Positions 51,401-64,000 of a stretch of 64,000 nt of DNA are shown here, in pieces; the stretch's first letter is position 1, and the number at the start of each line of letters is the position of its first letter. The translations under genes and the position numbers were made by a program. Under the pieces are notes generated by a model. The model was not told the DNA's origin, searched no databases, and was given only the letters and a program-made list of their open reading frames with translations. The DNA is taken from assembly GCF_964194155.1 (NCBI RefSeq), contig NC_135916.1, forward strand, positions 1,612,001 through 1,676,000, written 5' to 3'. This DNA is from Cetorhinus maximus. Its lineage: Eukaryota.

Positions 51401-54400
51401 CTCCCTCTCTCTCTTAACTCCTTCACTCTTTCTCTCCCTCACACCCTCTTCCGTTTACACTCTCCCATGCTCGCGCTATTCACCCCTTGTATTCTGCCGG
51501 ACAGTTTTATTCCCCCAGAAGTTTCTGTTTTCATTTCAGATTTCCTGCATCCACAGTGTTTACTTTTATTATTTCATTGTCCCCATAGAGTCTCGTTCGA
51601 GCAGGGAGATTATTCTTTGCCTGTTTCCTCATGGTAAATGACTGCTCAATTTAAACTATTTTATTGACACAGAATTACTGTGGCTTCAAAGCAGGATGCA
51701 GAGATGCTTCAATGTGATTTAGACAAGCTGAGTGAGTGGGCAAATGCATGGCAGATGCAGTATAATGTGGATCAATGTGAGGTTATCCATTTTGGTAGCA
51801 AAAAGAGAAAGGCAGATTATTATCTGATGACTATAAACTGAGAGAGGGGAATGTGCAACGAGACCTGGGTGTCCTTGTACACCAGTCGCTGAAGGTAAGC
51901 ATGCAGGTGCAGCAGGCGGTAAAGAAGGCAAATGGTATGTTGGCCTTCAAAGCGAGAGGATTCGAGTACAGGAGCAGGGATGTCTTGCTGAAATTGTACA
52001 GGGCCTTGGTGAGACCACACCTGGAATATTGTGAGCAGTTTTGGTCTTCTTATCTGAGGAAGGATGTTCTTGCTATAGAGGGTGTGCAGCAAAGGTTTAC
52101 CAGACTGATTCCTGGGATGGCGGGACTGACATGAGGAGAGATTGAGTCACTTAGGATTATATTCACTGGAGTTCAGAAGAATGAGGAGGGATCTCATAGA
52201 AACCTATAAAATTCTAACAGGACTAGACAGTGTAGATGCAGGAAGTATGTTCCCGATGGTGGGGGAGTCCAGAACCAGAGGTCACAGTCTGAGAATATGG
52301 GGTAGAACATTTAGGACAGAGATGAGGAGAAATTTCTTCACCCAGAAAGTGGTGAGCCTGTGGGATTCATTACCACAGAAAGTAGTTGAGACCAACACAC
52401 TGTATGTTTTCAAGAAGTAGTTAGATATAGCTCTTGGGGCAAATGGGATCAAAGGGTACGGGGAGAAATCGGGAGCAGGCAATTGAGTTGGATGATCAGC
52501 CATGATCATAATGAATGGTGGAGCAGGCTCGATGGGCCGAATGGCCTACTCCTGCTCCTAGTTTCTATGTTGCTAACTCTATCACTTCCTACCATCTCGC
52601 CCACATGCTCTGTCTCACACCTCTCCACCCAATCACACTCTCTCACTCTGTTCACCTCTAAACACTTTCTACCATCCAAACTCATTGCTCTTTAACATTC
52701 TCTGCCCCTTTTCACTCTCTTCTGCTCACTCTCTCCCACTCACACTCTCTCCCCCTCACACCCCTTTCAGCCTTATCACCCAGACACTCTCTCCCCAAAC
52801 ACACTCTCTCCCCCTCATACATTCTACCAATCACACTCTCTTCCCCTCTCACTCCCTTCACCCTCACACACTCTTCCCCTCTCACTCCCTTCACCCTCAC
52901 ACTCTCTTCCCCTCTCACTCCCTTCACCCTCATACACTCTGCCTCTTCACACCCTCCCCCTCAGACTCTTTGCACCTCTAATACTTCCTGCTTGCACACT
53001 TTTTCCTGACTCTCTACTGCCTCTTACACTCTCTTACTTTCACTCTGTCCACCTCACACTCTCTCCACCTCTCACTCACTAACCCCTTTCACTCTCATCA
53101 CCTTGACACTCTCCACCCCCTCAAACTGCCTCCTTTTCATATTCTCTCCTCCTCACACTCTCTACCCCCCTCACCACACACACACTCACACATTCTCTCC
53201 CTTGCACTCTCACCCCCTCAATCTCTCCCCCTCGCACTCTCCCCCTCACACTCAAAGCCCCCTCACAATTGCTTCCTCTTCACACTAACTCTACCCAGTC
53301 ACACTTAGGCTCCTCACATTCTCTCTGCCTCACATTCTATCCTCCTCTCTTTCCCTTCTCTTTCACATTTTCTCCCTCTCACAAAATCTTCCCAATCACA
53401 CTCTCTCCCTGATAATAATTTCAGCCCCTCATACTCTCTAACCCCTCAGTGTCTTTCCCTGCTTACAGTCTCTCCTCCTCACACTCTTTCCACCCTCACA
53501 TCATCTTCCCCCTCACACTTTCTCCCTCTCTCTCTTAACTCCTTCACTCTTTCTCTCCCTCACACTCTCTTCCGCTTACACTCTCTCCCATGCTCACACT
53601 CTCCGCCCCTAACATTCTGCCGGACAGTTTTGTTCCCCCAGCAGTTTCTGTTTTCATTTCAGATTTCCCACATCCACAGTGTTTACTTTTATTATTTCAT
53701 TGTACCCATAGAGCCTTAGTTCAGCAGGGAGATTATACTTTGCCTGTTAGTTCATGGTAAATGACTGCTCAATTTAAACTATTTTATTGACACAGGATTA
53801 CTGTGGCTTCACAGCAGGATGCAGAGATGCCTCAAGCTGAGTGAGTGGGCAAATGCATGGCAGATGCAGTATAATGTGGATCAATGTGAGGTTATCCATT
53901 TTGGTAGCAAAAACAGGAAGGCAAATTATTATCTGTATGGCTATAAATTGAGAGAGGGGAATGTGCAATGAGACCTGGGTGTTCTCGTACACCAGTCGCT
54001 GAAGGTAAGCATGCAGGTGCAGCAGGCGGTAAAGAAAGCAAATGGTATGTTGGCCTTCAAGGCCAGAGGATTCGAGTACAGGAACAGGGATGTCTTGCTG
54101 CAATTATACAGGGCCTTGGTGAGACCACACCTGGAATATTGTGTGCAGCTTTGGTCTCCTTATCTGAGGAAGGATGTTCTTGCTATAGAGGGAGTGCAGT
54201 GAAGGTTTACCAGACTGATTTCTGAGATGGCGGGACTGGCATATGAGGAGAGATTGAGTCGATTAGGATAATATTCACTGGAGTTCAGAAGAATCAGGGG
54301 GGATCTCATAGAAACCTTTAAAATTCTAACAGGACTATACAGGGTAGATGCAGGAAGGATGTTCACGATGTTGGGGCAGTCCAGAACCAGGGGTCACAGT

Positions 54401-54638
54401 CTGAGGATATGGGGCAGATCATTTAGTACAGAGGTGAGGAGAAATTTCTTCACCCAGAATGTGGTGAGCCTGTGGAATTTGTTACCACAGAAAGTAGTTG
54501 AGGCCAAAACATTATATGTTTTCAAGAAGGAGTTAGATATAGCTCTTGGAGCGAAAGGGATCAAAAGATATGGGGAGAAAGCGGGAGCAGGCTATTGAGT
54601 TGGATGATCAGCCATGATCATGATGAATGGCGGAGCAG
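47691..54638 (+). repeat. ~2.0-2.1 kb tandem array (CR1 3' end + minisatellite + spacer), about 3.4 units
   Basis: The unit start ggatgcagagatgc recurs at ~47691, 49694, 51694 and 53817. Confidence 0.9.
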
Positions 54639-56140
54639 TTTAGAATTCAGCAAAGGAGGAACAAGGGATTGATTAAGAAGGGGAAAATAATGAATGAGAG
54701 TAAGCTTGCAGGGAACATAAAAACTGATTGTAAAAGTTTCTATCGGTATGTGAAGAGAAAAAGATTGGTGAAGACAAATGTAGGTCCCTTACAGTCAGAA
54801 ACGGGGGAATTTATAATGGGGAACAAAGAAATGGCTGACCAACTAAATACATACTTTGGTTCTGTCTTCACAGAGGAGGACACAAATAACATACCAGAAA
54901 TATCTGGGAACACATGGTTTAGTGAGAGGGAGGAACTGAATTAAATCAGTATTAGTAGAGAAATGGTGCAGGGGAAATTGATGGGATTGAAGGCCGATAA
55001 ATCCCCGGGGCTTGATAATCTACATCCCAGAGTACTTAAGGAAGTGGCCCTAGAAATAGTGGATGCATTGGTGGTCATCTTCCGAGATTCTATAGACTCT
55101 GGAACAGTTCCTACAGATTGGAGGGTAGCTAATGTAACCCCACTATTTAAAAAGGGAGACAGAGAGAAAACAGGGAATTATAGACCAGTCAGCCTGACGT
55201 CGGTAGTGGGGAAAATTCTAGAGTCCATTATAAAAGAATTAATAGCTGAGCATGTGGAAAACAGTGGCAGAATCGGACAGAGTCAGCATGGATTTACGAA
55301 AGGGAAATCATGCTTGACAAATCTACTGGAATTTTTCGAAGATGTAACTAGTAGAGTTGATGAGGGGAGCCAGTGGATGTGGTTTATTTGGACTTTCAGA
55401 AGGCTTTCGATAAAGTCCCACATGAGAGATTGGTGTGTAAAATTAAAGCGTTTGGGACTGGGGGTAGTGCATTGAGATGGATAGAAAACTGGTTGGCAGA
55501 CAGGAAACAAAGAGTAGGAATAAACACGTCTTTTTCTGAATTGCAGGCAGTGACTAGTGGGGTCGGTGCTGGGATCCCAGTTATTCACAATATATATTAA
55601 TGATTTAGGTGAGGAAACTAAATGTAATATCTCCAAATTTGCAGATGACACAAAGCTGGGTGGGAGGGTGAGCTGTTAGGAGGATGCAGTGATGCTTCAG
55701 TGTGATTTGGAGAAGCTGAGTGAGTGGGCAAATGCATGGCAGATGCAGTATATTGTGGATCAATGTGACGTTATACATTTTCGTGGCAAAAACAGGAAGG
55801 CAGATTATTATCTGAATGGCTATAAATTGAGAGTCCAGAACCTGGGGTCACAATCTGAGGATATGGGGTAGATCGTTTAGGACTGAGATGAGGAGAAATT
55901 TTTTCACCCAGAGAGTGGTGAGCCTGTGGAATTCACTACCACAGAAAGTAGTTGAGACCAAAACATTGTATGTTTTCAAGAAAGAGTTAGATATAGCTCT
56001 TGGGGTGAAAGGGATCAAAGGTTATGGGGAGAAAGCGGGAGCAGGCTATTGAGTTGGATGATCAGCCATGATCATAATGAATGGTGGAGCAGGCTTGAAG
56101 GGCCGAATGGCCTACTCCTGCTCCTAGTTTCTATGTTTCT
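54632..56140 (+). mobile_element. CR1 ORF2 fragment (paralog of 46642-48468) with an internal deletion
   Basis: KSPGLDNLHPRVLKE, NYRPVSLTS and SKFADD motifs; deletion junction at ~55832. Confidence 0.92.
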
Positions 56141-57654
56141 ACGTTTCAAACTCTATCCCTTCGTACCCTCTCGCCCACACGCTCTGTCTCACACCTCTCT
56201 CCCCCACCACTCACCCTCACACTCTGTACACCTCTAACACTTTCTACCTTCCAGACTGTTTGCTCTTTAACACACTCTGCCTCCTTTCACTCTCTTCTGC
56301 TCACTCTCTCCCACTCACTCTCTCTCCCCCTCTCATTTGCTGCCCCCTTTCAGCCTTGTCACCAGACACTCTCTCCCCAATCACACTCTCTCCCCCTCAT
56401 ACTTTCTCCCACTCACACTCTCTTCCCCTCTCACTCCCTTCACCCTCAAACACCCTTCCACTTCACACCCTCCCCCTCAGACTCTTTGCACCTCTAATAC
56501 TTTCTGCTCGCACACTTTTTCCTGCCTCACAATCTCGACCGCCTGTTACTCTCTCCTACTCTCACTCTCTCCACCTCTCACTCATTAACCCCTTTCACTC
56601 TCATCACCTTGACACTCTCCACCCCCTCACACTCTCCCCTTTTCACAGTCTGTATCCCACCGACTCTTGCACAGTGCGAAATTAATTCCGTGTCATTCAT
56701 TGTGGCCCTGTGATTAAGAGGTTAATTCTGCACCTTTAAATCCCAGACAGTGTATGTCAGGTCTGGACACTTTTTGCATCTGCCATTCTCTGAACCAATG
56801 TGTAACATTCAATTTAATTCTGCATCAGTCAGTCTTTGTCCCTCAGAATGTGAATGCCCGAATCATTCTGTATGTATCGGTCACTGGTGCTGTATACAAT
56901 TACGTTTTTAATTTTGTTTCTATCACACTATGGTATTATGTACGAATTCAGCATTTTGTTCTGTATTTGTCAAGTCTCTGTTACTGTGTGGTTGTGGGAT
57001 GCATTATTGTTCATGCATTTGCTGACAAATTGTGAGTGTGGGATTCAATTTGTGTGTTTGTATCAGGCTCTGGTAATGTTTGAGTTTCACATTCATTATG
57101 CAGCTGTCAGCCTCCTGAAATTCACGTGAAATCTTTCTTTATTGGGTAGTCTCTGGTACAGTGCAGGAAATTCTGATTCAATACTCCATAAGCATTTCCT
57201 GGTGTTGTGTGTGATTGTGGGATTTATTCTGTATTAGGGAGATATGTTTCTTTGATACTATATGTGAGTATGAGTTTATTCTGTGTTTCTATTGAATAAG
57301 AACTTCATGCACCATGCTTAACACCTTAAAGTGTCAATATGTGTTTGAAATGTGTATAATTTAAAATATGGATGAGCTGGAGTTTGGAAAGTGATTGTGT
57401 CTATGAATCTCAGGATCAATGTGAGACTGATTACTTCTTCGTTTTGTTCATAACGATTGTGAAGTTATTCTGTATCTTTTACTTTCTGAAATAGAAGATG
57501 TATTTGTGATTCATGAAATATTTATAATTCTTTGTTTCAATATGTGAATGGCAGATTGATTCAGTTTCAGCTGCTTTTTGATACTTTATGTAAAGTTCGT
57601 ATTTAGCCCATAATGGCACATACTTGGTTCTGAATGTATATGTCAGGTTAATTA

Positions 57655-60000
57655 GTCATAGAAATCTACAGCACAGAAAAAGGCCCTTTGGCCCATCAAG
57701 TCTGTGCCGGTCAAACAAGTACCTAACTATTCTAATCCCATTTCCCAGCACCAGGCCCATAGCCTTGTATGTCATGGCATGGCAAGTGTACATCCTAATA
57801 CTTCTTAAACGTTATGAGGGTTTCTGCCTCTACCAGCCTTTCAGGCAGTGAGTTCCAGATTCCAGCCACTCTAGTGATTTTTTCCCCCTCACATTCCCTC
57901 CAAACCTCCTGCCCTTTGCTTTAAATCTATGTCCCCTGGTTAACGATCCCTCCACGAAGGGGAAAAGTTCCTTCCTGTTCATCCTATCTATGCCCCTCAT
58001 AATGTTATACACCTCAATCATGTCCCCCCTCAATCTCCTCTGCTCCAGGGAAAATAACCCCAGCCTATCCAATCTCTCCTCATAACTAAAACTCTCCAGC
58101 CCAGGCAACATCCTGGTAAATCTCCTCTGCACTCTCTCTAGTGCAATCACATCCTTCCTATAATGCGGATTCCAGAACTGCACGCAATACTCTAGCTATG
58201 GCCTAACCAGCATTTTATACAGTTCCAGCATAACCTCCCTGCTCTTATGTTCTATGCCTCAGCTAATAAAGGCAAGTATCCAATATGCCTTATTCACCAC
58301 TTTATCTACCTGTCCCACTACCTTAAGGGACAGGTAGACATGCACCAAGGTCCCTCTGATCCTTGGAACTTCCAGGGTCCTACCATTCATTGTGTATTCC
58401 CGTGCCTTGTTTGTCCTGCCCAAGTGCATACCTCATGCTCATCCAGGTTAAATTCCATTTGCCACTGATCAGCCCACCTGACCAACAAATCTATATCCTC
58501 CTATAAACTAAGGCTATCCTCCTCACTACTTACCACTCCATCAATTTTTTTGTCATCTGCGAACTTACTGATCAACCCTCCAACATTCATGTCTAAATCA
58601 TTTATATATACCACAAACAGCAAGGGACCCAATATGATCCCTGTGGAACCTGATTGGATACAGGCAACCAGTCACAAAAACACCTCTTGACCATCACCCT
58701 CTGCTTCCTGCCACTCAGCCAATTCTGGATCCAATTTACCAAATTGCCTTGGAGCCCATGGGCTCTTACCTTTGTTATCAGTCTCCCATGCGGGACCTTA
58801 TAAAAAGTCTTGCTTATGTCAAAGTAGACTATGTCAAATGCATTTCCCTCATCTACACGCCTGGTCACCTCTTTGACAAATTCAATCAAATTGGTCAGAC
58901 ATGATCACCCCTTAACAAAACCATGCTGACTGTCCTTGATTAATCCCTGCCTCTCCAAGTGTAAGATTAATTCTGTCCCTCAGAATTGCTTCCAATAATT
59001 TCCCCACCACTGAGGTTAGGCTGATTGGCCTGTAGTTCCCTGGTTTATCCCTTTCTCCCTTCTTGAATAACGGTACCACATTGGCTGTCCTCCAGTCCTC
59101 TGGCAGCTCTCCTGTGGCCAGAGATGTATTGAAGATTATTGCCAGCGTACTTGCTATCTCCTCCCATGCCTCACTCAACAGGTTGGGATACATTTCATCC
59201 AGGCCTGGAGATTTATCTACCTTTAAGCCTGCCCGACCACTGAGAACCTCCTCTCTTTCTATGCTAATTTCTTTAATTATATCACAGTCCTTCTGCCTGA
59301 TTTCCATATCCACGTTGTCCCTCTTACTTGTGAACTCTGACACAAAGTATCCATTTAGAACTCTACCTATGTCTTCCGGCTCCACACACAAATTGCCACC
59401 ATGGTCCTTAATGAGCCCTACTCCTTCCCTAATTATCTTCTAACTCTTTCTGTACTTGTAAAATAACTTTGGAATTTCCTTTATTTTACCTGATGATTTT
59501 TTTTCATACCCCCTTTTTGCTCTCCTAATTTCCTTTTCAAGTTCCCACCCTACACATTCTATACTCCTCCAGGGCTTCTGCTGTTTTGAGCCCTCAGTAT
59601 CTGCCATAAGCCTCCCTTTTTCTTTTTATCCAATCCTGTATATCCCTCGACATCCAGGGTTCCCTGGATTTGTTGGGTCCCAGCCTTTGTCTTGACTGGA
59701 ATATGTTGGCCCTGTGCTCTCTCTATTTCCTTCTTGAATGTCCCTCTGCTCTGATGCAGATTTACCTAAAAGTATCTGCACCCAGTCCACTCTGGCCAAA
59801 TCATATCTGATCTTATTAAAATCGGCTTCCCCCAATTTAGAACTCTGATTTCTGGTCCATCCTTGACCTTTTCCAGAACAACTTTGAATCTAACGGAGTT
59901 ATCATCACTTTCTGCAAAATGCTCCCCCACTGATACCTCTACCACTTGCCTGGCTGCATCCCCTAAAATTAAGTCCAGGACTGCCTCCTCTCTCGTAGGA
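57655..60000 (-). mobile_element. CR1 LINE ORF2 fragment
   Basis: PTREEAVLDLIL, NYRPISLTSVVGK and QFWNPHYRKD motifs. Confidence 0.93.
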
Positions 60001-60313
60001 CATCTGACTTTCTCTGGTACTAAATGCAAGTGCAGAATGAATGTTCTGTGTGTTTTTTTTTAAAACTGTATGCAAGTGCGATTGGTTCTGTATTTCTCTG
60101 TCTCCTGAAGAGTGTATGATTGTAGAATTCATTCTGCTGTAACTCTCAGTCTGGTGATGTGCTTGAGTGTGAATCTCACTCTGTATCTGTTGGCCCCTGA
60201 ACTGAGTGTATTTGAGAGTTTCATTAAGTGTTCACCAGTATTTGATTCAATATGTGAAAGCAGTTTTCCATCTGTGTCTGTAAGTCTTTGCTCTGGTCTG
60301 AGTGTGGATATAT

Positions 60314-61462
60314 TCACAGAATCACAGTGCAGAAGAAGCCCTTCAGCCCATCGAGTTTGCATCAATATGTGAGAAACACCTGAACTACCTACCTAATCCC
60401 ATTTACCAGCACTTGGCCCATAGCCTTGAATGTTATGATGTGCCAAGTGCTCATCCAGGTACTTTTTAAAGGGTGTGAGGCAACCCGCCTCCACCACCCT
60501 CCCAGGCAGTGCATTCCAGACCGTCACCACCCTCTGGGTAAAAAGGTTTTCCCTCACATCCCCCCTAAACCTCCTGCCCCTCACCTTGAACTTATGTCCC
60601 CTTGTGACTGACCCCAAAACTAAGGGGAACAGCTGCTCCCTATCCACCCTGTCCATGCCCCTCATAATCTTGTAGACCTCGATCAGGTCGCCCCTCAGTC
60701 TTCTCTGCTCCAACGGAAACAACCCAAGTCTATCCAACCTCTCTTCATAACTTAAATGTTTCATCCCAGGCAACATGCTATAAATCTCCTCTGCACCCCC
60801 TCCAGTACAATCACATCCTTCCTATAATGTGGCGACCAGGACTGCACACAGTACTCCAGCTGTGGCCTCACCAAGATTCTATACAACTCCAACATGACCT
60901 CCATACTGTTGTAATCTATGTCTCTATTGATAAAGGCAAGTGTCCCGTATGCCTTTTTCACCACCCCTCTAACATGCCCCTCCACCTTCAGAGACCTATG
61001 GACACACACACCAAGGTCCCTTTGTTCCTCAGAACTTCCTAGTTCATTGAATACTTGCTTGTCAAATTACTCCTTCCAAAGTGTATCACCTCACACTTTT
61101 CAGAGTTAAATTCTATCTGCCACTTATCTGCCCATTTGACCATTCCGTCTATATCTTCCTGTAGCCCAAGACACTCAACCTCACTGTTAACCACCCAGCC
61201 AATCCTTGTGTCATCCGCAAACTTACTAATCCTATCCCCACATAGTCATCTATGTCATTTATATAAATGACAAATAATAGGGGACCGAGCACAGATCCCT
61301 GTGGTATGCCACTGGACACTGGCTTCCAGTCACTAAAGAATCCTTCTGTCATCACCCTCTGTCTCCTACAACTAAGCCAATTTTGAATCCACCTTATCAA
61401 ATTACCCTGTCACCCATGTGCCTTTGCCTTCTTTATAAGTCTCCGATGTGGGACCTTGTCAA
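60314..61462 (-). mobile_element. CR1 3' fragment
   Basis: GIPQGSVLGPLLF and RPQLEYCVQSWSPHYRKD motifs; gattctgtg tail. Confidence 0.93.
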
Positions 61463-64000
61463 TCAGACACTGGTACTGTGTATGACTAATGGATTAATTC
61501 TGTGATCATGAGTGTTTGGGGACTCTGACAGTGACACAATTAGTATCTCTCCAACTTTTGTGCTGTATGATCTTAATTCTGTGACTGTCAGTCATTGGAG
61601 CTGTGATTATGGGATTCATTCTGCAAATTTTACGTGACAGAATATGATTTCTGGAATCAATCTGTATGTTTCAGTGCCTGTATATGAATAAGTTTTTCCT
61701 TTTGTTTCTATCGTCTATTCAACTGTCTAGTAGGGCAGCATTTTGTTCAGTATCAGCTAAGTCTGTTACTATGTGATTGTGGGATTCATTCTTTTTTCAG
61801 GTATTCCCTGGGAAATTGTGAGAGTGTGGGATTTTGTTTTTCAGACTCTAGTAATGTTTCGAGTGCCACATTCCTTCTGCAACTGCCAGTCCCTTGAACT
61901 GTATGTTAAAGTGGTTTTCTTTCTTTATTGGTCAATCGCTGATACTGCAGGGGAGAGCGTGATTAATTACATCTCAAATATTCTCTGGTACAGTGAGAGT
62001 GTTGCATTCATTATGTCAACATCTGGAACTAAAGGTAAGATTGAAATGATTTTGTATCTGTCAATTTCCACTGCATTGTGTGAGTGGGATTGGGATTTTG
62101 TGCCTTTCAGTCTGTGGCACTGTAACTAATGACATTCTATACTTCATTTTTGGTGCTGTGTGATTGCCTGGTTTTATTTCCACATGTTAGGCCTGCGACG
62201 GTGAATGAATAGGAATTAATGCATCGCATTCCAGATTCTTGTACCCTTTCTGACTGTAAATGTGTTTTTGTATCCAACCATCTCTCAAAGTTAATGTGGT
62301 TGTGGATTAATTTAGTTATCTTCTGTCCTTGGCAGGAAGAGTAAGTCTTAGATTTGTTCAATATCACTCAGCCTAATTGTGAATGAGCTGGTCAGTCTGT
62401 GTTATTCAGTGCGAGACACAATGTCTGAGTGTGGGATTAATTGTGTATCTGTCAGCATTTGGAATTAAGTGGTACCATGTCGATCTGTCTACATTATTCT
62501 GTCCTACTACTTTATGTGAATGAGATTTATTCTATATCTCTTTACTTTAGGTACTGAAAGTTCATGTGGAATTAGAGTATTACTGTCAGTCCCTGCTGCT
62601 GTATATGACTGTGGACACAAGCAGTGTCTTTCAATCCATGGTATAATATTCTGTATATGTCAGTCTCTGGTTATGGACGTGTATTTGGATTTATTTATAT
62701 TTTGCATGTCTGTCTCTAGGGTAATAGTCAATTGCCTTACTAGTTCTGTATCTATCATTGCCAGTGACTGTGTTGCATTCTATATATGTAAGTTAATTAG
62801 ACTTTTTTCTGTACGTAGGATTCATTCTATGCCCATTAACCATGTGCAGTTCAAGAAAATGTAGGATTTATTCTGTCTTTGGGCCTCTGGTGCTGGATGA
62901 GAGTGTGAGATTACCCTAGTCTGTAATCAATGGCTTTCTAAGATATTGCTTAGAAAATTAGTTGTTTAACAATGCAACCATATTTGCTTGACAAGTGTAT
63001 AATTTAACTTAAGGATAAACTGTATTTTATAATTGTAGGTGTTATTCAGCTTTAGTCTGGCACTTGTGGATTTATATTCAGTACGTAGTTCTGTCAAAGC
63101 CGTTGCTAATGATGATATATTTCACTTTCATGCATTCCCTGCTCAGTAAAGAAAAAATCCTTCAGATAGTAGTAACTGAATTGATACTGTATCATTGAGC
63201 TTTACTCTTAGTCAGTTAAAACCCTTGATGTCTAATGTGAAGTTGAGTGTATATTCTGGGGACAATACTGGGCTACATCCCATAACTTTCAATCAGGTAA
63301 ATTTTGTCTGTTTAATATTTGATATTTTTGTATTTAAATCTGATAATACATGTGTTTCTGGCCTGGAACTGATTTATCTACTATACCTGCCAGATGTACT
63401 GAGTTGGAGTCGAATAGAAACAAATGATATCTCTCCTGCTGTGTTTCACTGTTGGGTAGTGATTGTGCCTCTGAAGGCTTGGATCAGTATTGGTCTAATC
63501 CAATAGCGGATTTACCGTTAATGGACCCTTCTTCAGGAACAAAGGCCAAAGGCCAGCAAACTACAGAAATTGATCACTGCTGCCTCAACTGTAAAAACAT
63601 GTCTGTGTGAATAATTGCCTTGTTGAAATCTAAGCTTGTCCGAATGCAAGATTGTAAATATTGCTATGTGAGGCAAGCAAACATGGAACTTGCTCACAAG
63701 AAACGAGATGGAATAATCAGTCACTGCGGCACAGACAGCCCCAAGGCAAGGCCAAAATGTTACAGGAAACCGGTACTGCAGGAATCTGGAAATCCACTTA
63801 TGTTTTTACAGCTTATTTTATATGTGCTTTTTTGATCTATAAGGAACTGAAAACTGTGTGGCTATGCGTGTAGAGTCATTTTGAATTATCAAGTCCTTTG
63901 TTAGATAATTGTAATTAAATGTTGTAAGTGATCTGTATAGCTAGTAAAAAGATTGCCTGGCAATCCTTTTTTTAAGTTACATCTGTCATAATTAAGATAT

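Noticed and set aside
48380-51637. 400-aa S/L/H/P/T-rich ORFs (48380-49588, 50369-51637)
   Set aside because: They arise from the G-poor minisatellite, which rarely forms stop codons, and they start inside a CR1 3'UTR.
44068-56650. CRISPR-like or prokaryotic repeat system
   Set aside because: The context is eukaryotic, and the repeats are degenerate tandem units with no fixed repeat-spacer pattern.
63500-64000. Compositional shift with a half hammerhead-like motif (minus strand CTGAAGAAGGGTC near 63525-63537)
   Set aside because: No matching stem II partner or GAAA is visible, so it cannot be classified from this window.

Overview
Eukaryotic (vertebrate) genomic DNA. The repeat content (CR1 LINEs, Penelope-derived hairpins, tRNA-SINEs) suggests a cartilaginous fish; this is an inference. 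The window holds three diverged tandem segmental units starting at about 1, 19745 and 32898. Unit I carries a replication-dependent histone cluster: H1, H4, an orphan H3 3' end, H2A (minus strand) and a truncated H4. Unit II lacks the cluster. Unit III carries H1, H4, H3.2, H2A (minus strand) and an H3 pseudogene fragment. No H2B is present. The rest is decayed CR1 LINEs, a Penelope-like GIY-YIG element, short hammerhead-bearing hairpin elements, SINEs, a ~2 kb CR1+minisatellite tandem array and a degenerate ~40-50 bp TG-rich repeat. Two observations stand out. First, an H4 fragment begins exactly at Met85, the pre-osteogenic-growth-peptide ORF; it is fused behind the divergent side of the H2A promoter and keeps its stem-loop and HDE. 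Second, a TSD-flanked ~206 bp palindrome contains a hammerhead ribozyme fold. Repeat boundaries are approximate and identities were judged by eye.
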